Below, in pieces: positions 12,370-27,909 of a stretch of DNA of 64,000 nt (its first letter is position 1; each line of letters opens with the position of its first letter). Made by a program: the position numbers and the translations under genes. A model generated the notes under the pieces. It saw only the letters and a list, made by a program, of their open reading frames with translations. It ran no database searches and was not told the origin of the DNA. The stretch is from Phoronis australis (lineage: Eukaryota; Animalia; Phoronida): NCBI GenBank assembly GCA_002633005.1, contig NMRA01000193.1, forward strand, positions 240,032 to 304,031, given 5' to 3'.

Positions 12370-15300
12370 TCACTGAGATGGGTATCTGTTGGGTGTCACA
12401 TGACCGAAGTTGTCTTTGATGATGCCTTGAGCAGTCTTTTTATGTCCTGCGAATATAAGACAGGCTATATCAGAAAATCATCTCACAGGGAAATATGGTG
12501 CATCCACTCATTTAGGGAATATTAGAGCAACAGTATTTCAATTGAAGACAAATCTTCACAAAACAGAGCTCACTTAATTTATAGGCTTTTGAGAACAGTT
12601 TATCATATAGGAAACAAGTGCGGAAAAAACCCACCTTCAATCAGGTGCAGGTAAATCTTCAGGAAATGCACCTGTACAGGAAATGGTTGACCAATATTCT
12701 GAGTACTCTGAAATCAGGACATTATAGCTAAATATAATACGAGATGACACAAGAACATTTACATCCAAGATGATTAGACAAATATTTCGTCTTAGCCTAG
12801 ATATGCGATGACCCATTTTTAAAAAGGTCAGATATAGAAATCCATTGACGAGGCATTGTTTGATTGGTGCTTAAGTGTCCCGAAACTGAATTGAGAAAGA
12901 AACAGCACAGTATAGACTCTATTTACGCGGCAGACATTAAAATCCAAAGCGAGGCTCACTGCGATAAACAAAGCGAAAGTAGACATTGCGTGAGTTAAAT
13001 AGCCGGTCTTTCGAGTCCAACCTGGATATTGAATTTTAATAATGTGTCAACAATTAAACCACACAGACGTAGAAAATTACATTAGAGAACAAGTTAAGGC
13101 NTTAGAGATTGTGAAGCGTGTCCGTATTTTTTCTAGCCGTTCGGGGAACAACACGGACTGAAACACAGACTCCTATGCCGATAAGCTAACAGAGCTATCG
13201 TAGCGAGCCTCGTTTTGGAACGCGCCTCCTGTCGGCGTGAATAGGGTCTATGGATGTGTAGGTGTGGGGGGATAAAAAGATAAAACCCTATAACAAAAGT
13301 GCTTTGCACTGATACTTTTGTAGGATAACAATCACCTCAGACAGATACCAAATGAGGCAGAAATTAAATATGAATAAATGTGTGCATTACTTGAGAGAGA
13401 AGGTCCATTGCCTTGTGAAACTCTCCTCTGACAGCATGAGCACAGGCTAAGTTGTACTGCAGAATGGCTCTGGCCTGGCTCACATCCCTTGGGTGCCACG
13501 GATAGGACTGTTCTGGCAACTCGCTTAACTCTGAGGCTTCCTTGTCCCCAGTAGACTCCATTCTGCCATCAGGTGGCAGTGTGGACACATCCTTAACAGA
13601 GTCCGGAATGAGGTTCTGAATGGAGTCAGCGATACGGTCAAGTTTCACTAAGGCTTCAGCCATGTACATGTGACCAAGGTATCTAGAGAGGACGGAATAA
13701 CAGAGAAAGAAATTTAATATTCAACTGTTGTCACATTCCTAGGAAAATACTTGCCACAGTTTCACAAAGATCCTGCCGATGCAAACAAAAATCAAAACTG
13801 TCAATAGGGGGTGCCACCCATCTAAAAATCAATGACAATATACATCCACATATAAATACTTGGGCGTATTAATTTTTTGAGCAATTTGGCAGATAGAGCG
13901 GTGAACGCCAGAAAAGGGGCTTCAAAATAACAAAAATAACAACTTGGTACACAAAATATGTTGAATCTTTCTGAAAACATAATAGCATCATCATCTAAAT
14001 AAAAACCTATTTGCCAAATTTCATGAAAATCCATCAAAGAACTCTGAAAAGGCAAACACACATTGCCACTGGGGGACACATTGGCAATATTATCAATCTG
14101 CTCAGTCACCTGTCAACAGTTTCATAGGAACACACCTGCCAAATGTCATTAAGATCCTGCAATGGGTTTAGGAGATACAACAGCAGATGCCGAACACCCA
14201 TATCGAGATGATGGCACACACATGTATATGAGCACGCATCATGTGGTTTTCATTAACCGGTCAATATGTAAGTGAATTATTTCAACTTGGTAGTTTAAGA
14301 AATTGCCAGATGGATTTTGAGAATGAGTGATCAGTGCGTCACATCATTATCTGCATAAAATAGCTCTTCAAGTAAAATATAAGAGTGCCATCCATTTATC
14401 TGTTATGTGCATGAGTCTTAAGTCTGATGAATTGTTCTAGGAGCAATTACATTTACCATGCGACTTACCTATGTGCTGCTGATAATTTGGGCTGTTTCAT
14501 CAATTTCTCTGCATACTGAAGTGCTGAAAGGTTATCATTGAGACACAGGGCAACGTAGGCACTGTTGACTAGCACCGTACACCTGCAACAGATAGGAAGG
14601 CCACATAGATTTTAGTCTATCTTCTCAAAGACCCGTTACCAAAAAGAGCACCCCATGGGGAGCTCATTTGGAAACAATGCACAAAAAATGACTCATGTGA
14701 CTACTTCCAGATTGTATGACATGGGGAACATATTAAGTAGAAATTGTAAACAAGGTGCCATTATTTTCTGAACATTTATGGTAAAAATTCTTCAGTTGCT
14801 AAAATTGCCATATTTCTGTTTTTCAGAAGTTTGCCAAATTGTTGCAAATGCTCATACATTTATCAAATGTTGTTTGATAATATCTACACCATATAAACCA
14901 CGCTGAACGCAAAATAAATTTTCCTGAAAAGTTACTTTTGTCGAGAAATCTCACAAAATGAAAATTCAACAAACACCAACAAACCCACAATATAAATGAT
15001 TTTGATGATCTGCTTCTAACTAGAATGTTCCACAGATTCGGTCATTTTCTATACACGAGAAAATGCAATCTCTGGATTCATTACTTAACAATAGACTAAG
15101 TTCATTGAGAATCTTGTTAGGAGCTTAGATTCGACATCTAAATGTAGAATTATAATTGTTTGAACACATACTAGCACAAGTATAATTTTGTCTTGGAGTA
15201 TATAAATCGGTAATGATTATAAGCACTCACTTGAGATTGGCCACTTCCTGAGGTCGTAATGGATTCCCTGGCTCAGCATCCACACACTTAGCAGCCTTAC

Positions 15301-18300
15301 TGCAGAAAGTAAACACACCAGTCTTAAACAAAAACAAGGGCTTATAATGATCTCTGAGGAATTCACCTCGACAAATTTTATAACATTTTATGAGTTAGAT
15401 GTTCTGAGATTGAACCAGAATGATACATAGAAATAAAATGCGAATATAAGATGTATAGTGGTACGAAAATGACAAAATACACGGAGTTTCAAATTCACTT
15501 GAACTGGACTCCTCTAGGTCAATATCCATGCAAATCCACAAAATGCAAATTTTTCTTTTAAACACCCACGCTCAGCTTAACGCCCAACCACAATTTATGC
15601 AGTCGAGATTTCTTGAAAGCGTCCATGTCTTTGTGAACATCCATCTCACCCAAATTTTAGCTCCCAAAACATGACACTCGCTGACATTTGAGTAACAAAC
15701 AGATGAGTTACAGCGACATCTTACCTTATTCAGGAGACCTGAGAGAGGATAAAGTCTCCTATAATGTTTTGTTGGACTCTTGCAAGAAAGTCTGACGCAT
15801 TTATTTGAATCAGTCATTTGGGTAAATGCCCAACTCTGATATCTAACTTCTATGCTCGGCTTAACGCTCACCCCCTGATTTTTTATTCACCAATTCTAGT
15901 GCCTTGAGCAGTGGGCCACTCAAGTATGGTAATCTTTTCCAACTGTCACCCAGATTTGATCAAAAAGCAGTTTTCTAAAATTATTGTTTTCAAGAATTCC
16001 AATTTGTCAGTATTTCACACTTAATATACTATTCTATGCACATTAAGCAAAACACTTTAAGCCATTCCTAAAATATATGTTTTTACTAGCCCTGTCCTCA
16101 ACCTCCTCTGAGATGGCCAGGGAGGTCGGTAGCACATTTATTTTGCTGCAAAAATATTTAGTTCATATAATTGAAAATATTCTTGTCAGATTGTAAATAA
16201 AATGTTTTTGAGTTGTGCACTTATTTTGCAGACAGGGAAATTACAAATTGATTTTAATTTACTCCTTATCTCGAACACCAAATTTCTGTACATTTAAATA
16301 TATCGCAGATAATACTGTCAAGTTACAGTTTATAATAATTGCCAAAAATATATCACACAAAATTTCTAGTTTGCTGAACTAGTCATATCAATCTGCACAC
16401 CAAGTAACTAACATAACTTTCGGTAAAATCATTACCGGTAATTTAGTGTATTTTCAACACAATTCAAGTATCCTGCTACCAATATTCTGCATATTTTTGT
16501 TTTTGTTACTTCCTATTAATAGTATTTCCCATTTGATGTACTATTCTGAACTAAATTCCCATAATCTGCTTATGCTCGGCTATCTTAAGTTTTGAGGACA
16601 TGCACACAACAAAACGTCATGGCTTCTCACTCTACTTAATATTATTACATCCAATATCTGTTTCTATATTTACGTTCTTCAATGAGAGGAGGCAGTGTGA
16701 CTAAGTGAGATGAGTGTCCACTTTGAGTCAGGTCTCTTAGCTTTTCGGCTCCGTTTTAACTATACATTAATTAAGCATAAAGTTGGTTCCAGGTGATCAG
16801 TGCAATGGGCCCACATGAGTGGCCTGCACACGTCTGGTACAACATGTACCAGACCACCCCCAATTATTTCATTATGATCTGAATGACAGTTCAAAAATAT
16901 TATAAATAAATTGAAAGTCCACGTGTTAGTTTTTCTACTGTTCTACATCTTCTATCTACTGTTATTAGTTCAATGTGACATTTAAGTTCTCTCACAGAAC
17001 TGACATAAAAATGTAATATTGAAAAAACCTAGTGCTTTAACCAAATGCCACATTCTATTTGACTATGTATTTTCAACAAATAAAAATTATGTTCCAGTCA
17101 CAAAAATTAATGATAAATCAAAAAAGGGCTTATTTCAAATTTGTTGAGCTTTTCTCACTTAGGTAACACTTACGCCTGTTCAGCTTGTTCATTTTCACCG
17201 GACGTCTGCAACTGCGGTGACAGTGCCACCTGTAGGAGACTATTTGCATTCCTCAGGCACAACGCTGCAAATGGCAGTGTGGGGGTAGGCATAGCAGGAA
17301 GTGATGAACTTCAAATAAAAAGAAAACTCGTGAAATACTCGTGCTTGCTCATTAGAGACTAAATCGAAGCAATGAGTCACATGTTAAACATCATACAAAT
17401 GTTATTATACTGGTATTTCCTTAAAAAAGTTCCTTGAACATTGCAAATATACAAACCTGTTGTTGCTAACTTTTGCACCTGCACAAGTACCCAGGATTAA
17501 TTTTCGATGTACCCCTGAGCCAATGCTTCCTTGGATGACTTTCGCCAGCTCCTCAAGTTGCTTGTCCTTCTCATTTGTCTGAAAAACACACCAGTTAGCA
17601 AACACACTGCTTTGGCCCTGAAACCTGGGTACTGAAAAACCAAAGGCCTTATTTAGTGTACAGAAGGACCAGCTCCAGAAATATAATTGAAATTACAGAA
17701 AGAATGCAAATGACGCAAATTTTTCGCTTAGCATTGCTGAGTAAGTAGGAAGTAGTCTGGAGGTCTGCGCCATCGGCCAAGCAATCAACCTCTAGCATAG
17801 CCTCTCCAAATGCTTCAAGTCAATGCAAAGACATATCATGTAAGGTTTCTTCACATTGAGCAGTAGCTGCTGAACACGAGAAACAAATTACTTAGAAAGC
17901 TGATTCATTGTCTGTGCAGAGAAAACAAATAGCAACACAATTGTGGGCTTACAAAGTCAGGTAGACAATGTTATCAACCACTTTCTTATCAAAATTCACC
18001 GGAATGATGTAAAAATTGAGAGGAATGCAGTTACAACAAACCAAGTAGCTGTGCATTCTTTTAAATGATGGAGTGAACCAGAGCATTAATTTCAAGCAAG
18101 GCTTTACTCAATTGGTGTAGCTTCAAATCGGCTTAAATATGCGCATATAGGGTAAAAATAAAACATTGTACAGATTGGTCATTGAATTTGGTAAGAAATG
18201 GTGACATTTTAGAAATCTTAAAATTTCTCTCGCAGAAACTGTCATTCCACAGTTAGCAGCTTGCATTTTTGGTACTTCAGTGACCCCAGCCTTTTTCTGT

Positions 18301-21300
18301 TCAACTAGTTAAATATAATTTCAATTGTTTAGAAATCAGGCATTCTAATGTCTGATATAACAAGCTTCAAGCAGTGAAAATGAGAACTTTCTGGAATATT
18401 GACCATTCGGACTATCACTCCTTTGGGCTTACAGCCCTTCCAAAATCATTTCCCATACTGCTTTACATGACCAGTGGCGCCATGATTTACAAACTGCCAT
18501 CAACATTAAGTGTATGTAACTAACACCACATCATTCACCGTACATGGCATGCATCAATAGGATATCGTCCAATTTGACCCTCTTGATCAATATACATGGT
18601 GGTTTCCGTTGACAGAAACGAAAATCTCAGACCGAAAACAAACAAATGTCACAAGGCCATTAGATAATGCTAAGGCTTGTTTTAGACTATAAGCAGATAC
18701 TAGCTACCTCAAAAATCTTAGAAAAAGTAATGCTTTGTTATCTTGTTTAGCTAACAAGTGTGACTAAAGCTTGACGTGAGTTAACTGACATCTGGTGGGG
18801 AAAGAATGGTAGCCTCGAAGCACAAGACCCATTTAGTAACATGATAAGGAAGTATTTTAGTTGAATAACTATTTCGTTTCAGGGGAGATAATAACTGTCC
18901 AATTTTGGGTGAAATATTTTAACTAGGCCAAATAACCTTGCTACTTACCTCGCGGTAGGCCATGACACAGCACTCTGCTATGCGCAACCACAGACGAGGG
19001 TTGGTTTGATACACTTGAACAACTTCAATCAAACAGTCGAATGCTGCCTGAGGTTTCCCACAATGCAGAAGCTGGATACCCATGTTGTACAACAGTTCAT
19101 GGTGTTTACTACTAGCTAGAGACTGGACTGGTCGACCAGTCAGTGATTTGGCTGGAATTAGAAATACATAGATGTGCCAGCATCAAGAATGGTCAGGAAA
19201 ATACAGCTGAATTGCAAAGTGGCGACAACATACAATTCGTAAACAATAATTTTTGGAAAGTTTAACTGAAAATTCCTGAGAAATATGGGACACGTGTGGA
19301 GAAAAGTATTTTTCTATGTTTTTCTATGTACAAAATACATATACCTAGGGACGCACAGACGGAATGACGTGGACCTTTACTGGATCACGGGATTGAAAAT
19401 TAACGGCAGACACCACGAGTCATCATTTCACCAATACCAAGAAATTTAAGGAGGCTGTTGGCCAAAAAAATGGAGTAAATTCCAAACCATTTATTCAAAA
19501 TCTTCTCGACACTGAAAAGTATTACTTACATGCGTTGATTTTTGGAAGCTCTTTGATAGCATTGGCATTCTCCTGCACAGCGCGGCGGAGATAGAAGGCG
19601 CCTAGGTGGTGTTTCCTCAGCTGGAAGTGCAGGCAGGCCATGTTGTTGTAGTACATAACAGACAGACATTGGCCAACAGTCACATGACTTGGAGGTGATA
19701 TTGAGTTGAGTAGTTTGATGGCCTTGTGGAGATTACCGCGCAGGTATTCAAAGTAGCTCTTCAAGTAAATTACTGATGTCACCTGAATGAAAAACAAGTT
19801 ATAGCTTGAGAATGTATGTACGACGTGAGGCTTGAAAAACACAGCAAAACTAAATACAATATTTAGTTATGATGCAAATTTAGGCATTTTAAATCCAAAC
19901 TTACAACTCAGCTACATATTGACTAACTTTAGATTTAAGACCATTTCTCACCATGAAATCAGTCTAAAAAATGGAGACTATTTCTGAGTTTAAAAGGAAC
20001 CGTCTTATAGATTGTCATTGCCTGAGACCACGCTTGGTGCAAAAAATAACCCATCATGACAAGCCATTTTTCGTGACATACATTTCCATGCCGGCTTAAG
20101 ACTTACATAATATTCATTTACACTCAGAAGTTCAAGAGCAAGACGCTCACTACTACGTCTGATTGGATTTCTGTGTTCGACCGGGGCAGGGGCGGGGGGT
20201 CCTGATGGCTCAGTAGACTAGAGCATTTGCATGGTTAACAGAACAGTGGTGGCTCTAGGATATCACAAGGGGGGGGGCCCAACATTTTATTGGTAAACAT
20301 TTGCTCTGTGTTCCGAATTTGACACTTGAAACACTAAAACTGCACACATTTCAATATTGTTTCAGCCGTATGATTTTAATTACCGGGGTTAATTAATAAA
20401 CTCNGTCGTCTGCAACGCCGCGGTAAGAAAGGAATTTGCCGCGGAAATTTTATATCAAATCCGATTTTTTTACGCGGAAATATTATAAAAAAAGCGGAAA
20501 GCACATTTGAAAAAAGCGGAAATCCGCGTTTCCGCGGAAAATTCCAAGCCCTGCTATGCAGAAGGTCCTGGGTTCGAGTCCCAGGTGGCCACAGGTGGCG
20601 TGCTAATCAGACTTAGAAATATTTGCAAAATTTTCAATTTGTGAAACTGGAGGTCGAAATAGATTAGTTATACAAATCAAATACCATAATGACTCGCTAA
20701 CTGAGCCATATTTGTTGTGCTTATCACAGCGGGTCTTGCATGGATGCCAAACCCTAATTTATGATGTTTGCACAAGAACTCAGTTCTTCGACACCATTTC
20801 AGGATGAAAATAAGAAATTAGCGGACACCAAAATTAGCCAAACAATCACGGTAAATAAGACTTTATACCATGGTTTAGTTATTTGCAACACAAATGACAA
20901 CAGAGAACATGCCGGTAGGTTCACACGTTGGTGATGGGCACCACCTTTGTGACAAGAAGATAACAAAGCCATCTTTGCTGGGAAGTTCGGAAGATTCTCA
21001 GGTTAACTTCCAAAAAGTATCCAAGTCGAAACTGGAAATTTAGTCAAGAAGGAAACTAAGCAAAACCTACCTCTAAAAGTATTTCTGAAATCCCTATCAT
21101 TATTCTAAATTTTGCTGATAACAGCAGCAATTATAAAGCATTGCAGCTAACCATTTCTCTCTCACTCAAGTACATAATGTACCTCTGTACCATTTTCGAA
21201 ACGAAATTCAAGTTCAAAAGCCACTGGCGACCAAACTGGGTGGGGATCTATCTGTCTATCACTTCATCATCATCTTATTTTAATCTGTTTTTGTGATAAA

Positions 21301-24300
21301 TGTGTAGGTTTAATGACATTTTGCAGAGGCATTCCATGTTCACACATTTCTATTTTGTGTATTAACAAAGTTACCTAATCTAGCAACTTCGAACACCAAA
21401 AGTTGTGCAAATACGATTGACAAAGTGTGGTGTTCGCTGTTAATGAAAAAAGGTCAAACAATTCTGAACTGCGGATCAAAGTCAGAGGTAAATTGGATTT
21501 AGTAACGCATATTATTATATTTAACTTCATGCAAAACCGTCTATTGAACAAATGTCATAATTATTTTCCATCACTTTATTAGCAATTTTTTCTTGACTTT
21601 GGAAAGTTCAACATGATTTTGTTGCATTCAATAATGACAGAATGGCCACCTTGGGCTTATCAAAATTTTCATCGCTAGCGGAACTGTCAAAATGCTCGCT
21701 ACAGGTCTGTCAGCAGTCCTTACTGGTTGTGACCACAAACTTATTCCGCATTTGGCAGTACAACTGCATCAAAGTCAATGGGAACCCTAGAAAGCCTTTA
21801 TGTGGAAATGTACCTCATTACCAAAAACGTTACAACCATTCAGCATTTAATCAGCAAAATCCAGAGAGTTCGACCTTTGGCTAGTGTTATGAAGTTTCCA
21901 AATTACACTTAAACTATTGAATAATATTGTAATGAGGCACTGTAGAATGGGCAATCCAGGTTCCCAGGTTGGCTTCTCAGCTGTGAAGCATTGAGGTTAA
22001 AAATAAAAATTACAGGCGGTTTGATACATGTTGAACCAGACGTGCGCAGGTTGTGCATGTGGGCCCATTGCACTGACCACCTGGAACCATTTCTATGCTT
22101 TATTAACATATGTTTAAAACCAAGCTGAGGACCTAGAAACCTGACTCAAGGGTTTAGCAGTGTAACCCAGTGGGACTAGAACCCTCCACCTTGAGTAAAG
22201 AAAGCGAGCACCTGTCACACTAGGCCACACTGCCTTCTGTGTGCATTGATGTTTGTACCTTTGTTGTGTTGTTGTGTCGAATATGTCATCAAAACATTTT
22301 ATGCTGATTGGCCGAGAAAATGTCAGGGGCACCCAAAAAGGCCACGAATTTTGGGAGGTGCAAAATACATTGTAATTAAGTAGTGACAATTTGCTGTTTC
22401 AAAAATGCAATGTATTTCTCAGCCACTTTGTCTGCTGTGTGCATCCTTCAAGGAGATTCAGATGCAGATAACAGATACACGGATGCCCTTACACGCACAA
22501 CAAAAACAAGTTCACTCAAACACATGGCTGCTTTTACATTCAATGTTTAAACAACTTACCATTCCAATCGAATTCATGAGACTTTTCACTTCTCGTTTAC
22601 AGGACTTCATTGACTTCACCATAATGTGACATCGAACTTTATACTGCAAAGTGAACCAGCGGATTATAAAGTTGGCACACCAAACTAGCACAGAATTCTA
22701 AACAAAAGAAACAATGAATAGCATTGATATGAGCCCAAACACATGCATCATAAATAGCAAAGATATAAATATAGACAAATTTTAAAACACTTTTTGCCAG
22801 TAGTGTGTAGCACTGGTCAACTTAATTTACTTTATTGCCTTTGCTTTTTTTGCTTCTCTTAACTCTATTTAATATCATTTACAATAGGTATAGCCATCAG
22901 ACTGTCTCACTCACAAGACCCAGCTGTGCTGACATTCACTTGTAGCAGCAAAGGAAATTTGTGCAGAAACCGCACATTCCATCAACACACCAAATACCTG
23001 GCTTATCTGTGAACGAATATCATCACTTGTATAGCCTGATGAGTCACTCTTGTCCAAATTCTGACTTTTAGCTCCGTTGCCAAGCAAATGTTTCTCAGCA
23101 TACATGATCATCCGCATTGCCTTTTCAGCCTAAAAATGTGGAGATATCTTGGATTATTTGTAATAATGTTAGCTGCTGTTTTGAACTGTATTTACAGTCT
23201 TGCAAATCATTGCCACTCATTCATACTTAAAGAGCAGCAAATGCTCGTTAATTTGCTGTTTCTTAGGGTCTAAAATTGGTATTCCTCAAATCCAGGGGTC
23301 ATCAAGTGCAGACTAGACAGGGTCTCATAAATCACAATCACTATGGTAAATGTACTCGATCACAGAGTAATACCCAAGCTGTTAAAAACAACACGTTCCA
23401 TATTTAGATAAGACTTCTGTGATTTTTGGGCTAGGAAAAACTGGTGCAGCAAGTTTGAAGTCAGCTTGTTCAGCCTGTTCTTAAGCAACGACAAAAATCT
23501 ATCTGAGATCTATCCGTGCCCGGAAATCACAAGGAATAAGTTGGGACCAGTTTTATAAGAATAATTGGCCTAAATCAAAGACAGTTTTTTATACAAAGTG
23601 GCTTTTAGCTGTTGTAATTCAAACATTTATTTACAACAGAATGACAGCAAATACAACCAACCTAGAACAAATACCAATTTGAACATATTTTTACTTAACA
23701 CTTAATTATTGTTCAGTGCAGCCTCACATGATTTACCTGATGAGTAATGAGATAGAGCTCGATGAGAAAGAGCAACACCCTTTTGGACAAATTTTCCTCT
23801 GTAAGGCAAAGTACATAATATATTACTATGAAGATCATGGGTCATATTTCTACTCTAGAATGCAAAAATTCTCTCTAAGTGTTGTCCATTCAATGCAGAC
23901 TCACTCAAGTTTACATCTTCTGATGCACACATATTTCTTGTAAAACTGACTGAACAAATTTATTCGCAACATAATTTGAAGCTCCACTATGTGTTCACAC
24001 CTGTTGTTTACAACAAGAGTGACTACCACGATGTGATACATATATCAGGTAGTCTTCACTTCTACTTTCGCTCAACTACACAACATTACTGTAAACATTC
24101 AGGTTTAACTTAATACCCCAGCAACTTAAATTGAGGAGCCTGGACATTGGGAGGGGGGGGGGTATTGCTTAAGCAAAGAGATGGGCGCTTAAATAGAAGA
24201 TAAGCCAGACAATCGCTCTGCAACCTATGATGTTTGAAATTGAAGACCGCGGATTCGAAAATTCAAAAAGTTTGATGCAAGATTACTGATGCTAATGATG

Positions 24301-27300
24301 AATCAGCACTGTTACCGACATATATAGTCAAGTACCTAGTAAGTATTCAATATAGCAAAAAATACACATTAAAAAACACCCAGCAAATTTCTAGAACTAA
24401 CGTGCAATATGAATGTCATTAAAGTCCAAGATGCAAAGTTGCAGAAGATAAATCTATTGCAAATTCCCTCCCTTTTTGCAGTTCAAATTTTTGCAACTCA
24501 AACTTCTGTTTAAAAAACTTCCACGTTGACCAAATTAGGTATTGATGCACGAAAATGATACAAAGCAAATTTCACATGGAGAAATCTTGTGTCTTGCATT
24601 GGTTACGAATTCAACAACTAATTTTGCAGGAGATAAACAGCCAAGAATTACTTTCAACTTTTGGCGCATTTACATTACCTGCCTTGGCACTGTTTTGAAA
24701 ATGAATTCTGTGAAACACATTACAGGTGGGAGCTAGCGCAAGCAGTGGGCAATGAATTAAAATCTCTCAAAAGTAGAGGGTGGATGCTTTACCAAGCAGG
24801 GGGCACTTGATTAAAAAAATTTCAAAAGCAGGGGCTTGGTGCTTACCCAAATGCTTATGGCATTTCTAGAGCGGATCTGATAGGCTGTATTTCTGGCATA
24901 CTGAATTGTGGCAGATTTTTATGTCTCAGTTTGCAGTTTTGGGCAACACAATCTCATTTTGAATAAGAACATTCCTTGCGACCCTTTCATAATAACTATG
25001 TTATCTCCCCTACATTGTGACTTCACTCACCTAAAGGCTCCATATATTGAAATAATTTATCAACAATTGTGATGGCCTCCCTATATTGTCTTAAGTAGTA
25101 CAGGAGAACAGCATAGTTGTAGTAGAGCACACACTGGTCCACGTCATCTAGAGTGTCAATGTTTTCAATCTGCACTTGAGAATACTGGAAAAATGTAAAA
25201 CATAAGAGTAATTTACATTTAGCATGGTGAGGTACATATAGATATTACATAATTGATCTCAGATTTACAACAATTAGTGCACATGACACCATCCACAATC
25301 GTTTCGTTATTTCTAAAACAGCTGCAACTGAGTGAGGATCAAAGAAGACTTGAGTTTGTCAATATTCAAGTGACACCATCAAGCTCAGTGCAGGCTAATC
25401 ACATGTTTTCAAGAGTGAATTTACTAACAGCACTAACTTTACTCCAGTGGAAAACAAATGCTCAAACCATAGTTATAACACTTGCCGTCACTAAACAATG
25501 TTATGCTGGTGGAGTAAACCTTTAGTAAGAACGGTTATATAAGAAAGAAGAAAGCATACCATTGAGCAGACTTTAGCCACAACTTCCTTAAATTCATCTG
25601 TTTTTGTGTAACCAGACTGGCAGTATTCAACAACAGCTTTGTTGTGAATTACCTAAAACATAATCAAAATGCTGAGTTCAATTGACCACTAAGTGGCTTA
25701 TTGTATTTTACCCATCAATGAGCTGGGAATACATGTATAGGGGTATCATATTAATTACCAGGTAACAACAAGTTAGGCTCCACAATACTTTTAAAACTGC
25801 CATGACCTCATGAATTACACCACCCATTAGTCACAACTGTGACTTTCATGTATTGCCAATCTAAAAATTTTACACATTACGTTGGGCAGAACTCATTCAA
25901 AAAGATTTATTTTTGATAAAAACAGCTCGTGCTATTACATACTAAACAGTGCTCAATGTGGCAACCTCCAGGTCACCAATGCAACTTCAGATTGTGTTTG
26001 GCAACCTAGGAAAAATTCGACATGACGTCACCACAGTGAGTATAAAAGCCAGATAATAAATCCCCCGAAATTTGTTTCAAAATTGGTAGTGACTTCCAAA
26101 CTTTAAATTACTACCAGTTTTCCTAGATTCAATACCTTCTGATCACAATTCCCAGTGGCGGATTTAGGGGGGNGTCCGCAAACCCAAAAATTCGAGACCC
26201 CTGCAACCCTACAGTTTTTGCTAGCTGCGCGCACGTGCGCATCTGTCAAAATCTTGGTTATCCCTGTCCTCTGCCCCCCTCCTAACTCAAAATCCTGGAT
26301 CCGCCCCTCATTCCTGCATTTATTTTGTGAAATCAGAGTATTTGTCACCCTCAGCAGTCAGCCCACAACAAACGTGCTTAAATTACAACAGGCAGTAAAC
26401 ATACGGAAGTCAGAAGTGTTCGTCAAAAATCAGGCAAGTTGGGACCATGAAACACACGCCTCAAGTGTATTCCAATGTCTGCATTCTTCGTTGGAAAGCA
26501 GAGTTGACTTAGAGATTAGATGGAACGGGCTGGAGAGAAATGGGAATCGGTATGTGGAATTTTTGAAAACGAAGTATGGCACAAGGTGTTTTTGGTCGAC
26601 GAGTTTGACATCAGTTTTGGCGACCTCAAATTTCATTTGGCAACCTGGGATTTTTGCGAAGTCGCATTTGGCGACTTGGCGGCAAGCTAAGTGTCGAGCA
26701 CTGTACTTGCTTTGTTCAATGCTCTCTTGTAATAATGGGGCAGTCTACAACAATAAAGCTAACAACTGAAGAACTATGATAATTACAGGTACTGGGGTGG
26801 CTGGGCATTTTCAGTTTTGTGTTAAGGATACAAATGGCATTTGCTTGATTTTTGAGCCTGATTGAAAGACTGTTAGTTGTTTACCCCTTGACACATTTTT
26901 ACTGACTTGTGGTTCATCTTAAACGTTTACTTAGCAACAGGAAATAAAGCATAGAATTTAGGTACCTTCAGAAATTCAGACACTTCGTATTTATTAATGG
27001 TTGGTCGACACCCACCCTTACACCGGATTTCTATAATCTGAAGGATTTGGCAGTCTGAATGCCTGGTCCCTCAGTTCATAGTTATCAGGTGTGAATGATG
27101 GCTTGGGTTGAACACAGTTGATTTGGTGTTTTTCTCGATTTTTAAGTAGCTGGCCGCACTTAAGGTAGTCAAAAAGATGTAAGGAATCACTTTGGAATCA
27201 ATTTATTGAACTTTGGGGAAGGCTTCTGGGGTCTTTGGCCAAGTAGAATGTTCATATTTTCAGGTTATACGCCGTGTGGAACAGAGAAGTGGAACTTCCT

Positions 27301-27746
27301 GCACCTGGTTTAAAAAGCCCAAAAACCAACACAAACTGTTCAGAGCCACTATTAACTAAGTCCCCTCACTTCAGCACAGGAAACAGCTAATTATTTCAAA
27401 CATTGTCAACATGAGGAGAAACAGCAGACAAATTATATTGGCCATTATGGTCTTGCACAGATACTGGTCAAGCACAGCAAAAATAAAAAAAAAGTTTTCA
27501 AGCCAATACCGGTTGCAGACTTTTTTTCACATTATTTAACAAGTCGACAGTTACCTTGGGGTCATTGGACCGTGTCTGCATAAGAAACTTTAAATACTTC
27601 ATGCACGACTCGTAGTCTTTCTTGAGGAAGCTGCCCACAGCCCTGGCTCCAGTCTCCTTGTCTTGTTCAGTCACTGCCGGAATGGAAACCAACTGTAGAC
27701 TGTCTGAAGACTGCGGAGCCTCTGCACTGTTTGTTACATCACTCAT
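12370..27746 (-). CDS. CNOT10: CCR4-NOT transcription complex subunit 10 (TPR protein), complete, 684 aa
   Basis: 15 phase-compatible GT-AG coding exons: 27555-27746, 25560-25652, 25031-25184, 23737-23798, 22998-23129, 22560-22643, 19530-19782, 18949-19151, 17457-17578, 17174-17308, 15231-15299, 14469-14582, 13391-13682, 12635-12707, 12370-12446 (2055 nt). CNOT10 motifs: [28 protein letters not shown]-like [60 protein letters not shown]. Confidence 0.95.
12914..13249. mobile_element. MITE with AT flanks (possibly ISL2EU-like)
   Basis: AGACTCTATTTACGC / GCGTGAATAGGGTCT TIRs flanked by AT; contains a single N junction. Confidence 0.65.
16685..16870 (+). mobile_element. tRNA-derived SINE, internally deleted copy
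   Basis: Aligns to 56-297 (GGCAGTG head; GTGATCAGTGC..GGGCC; TCTGGTACA..TGTACCAGACC tail). Confidence 0.75.
20197..20600 (+). mobile_element. tRNA-like SINE head split by MITE sequence (20244-20553)
   Basis: A box TGGCTCAGTAG (20206-20216) and B box GGTTCGAGTCC (20571-20581) are separated by CAGTGG...CCCTG sequence whose start matches 49267; N junction at 20404. Confidence 0.5.
22005..22237 (-). mobile_element. tRNA-derived SINE, reverse copy
   Basis: Reverse complement aligns over its full length to 56-297. Confidence 0.75.
25947..26703. mobile_element. Degenerate non-autonomous DNA transposon
   Basis: CAGTGCTC...GAGCACTG termini with subterminal GGCAAC/GGCGAC repeats, similar in layout to 30688-33252; no clear TSD. 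Confidence 0.55.
26153..26309. mobile_element. MITE with 5-bp TSD nested in an older element
   Basis: CAGTGGCGGATTTAG...CTGGATCCGCCCCTC termini, ATTCC TSD; related to 52552-52705. Confidence 0.8.
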
Positions 27747-27833
27747 TATGCACTTTTACTGAAAGATATAAATCAATATAATATCAGGTTTAAACTGTCA
27801 GAGCATCATAATCTATGAAAACAGTCACTTACA

Positions 27834-27909
27834 GGGGTCCCTTATTTTGAGAACCAGTTTGATGTCTATTATTCGGTATAGAAAACTGGTTCTCAAAATG
27901 CTAGACCCC
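27834..27909. mobile_element. Very short MITE / fold-back
   Basis: GGGGTC..ATTTTGAGAACCAGTTT / AAACTGGTTCTCAAAAT..GACCCC inverted arms. Confidence 0.6.

Noticed and set aside
16085-16145. Extra CNOT10 exon after a good acceptor
   Set aside because: No donor gives the required phase, and the flanking exons already join in frame.
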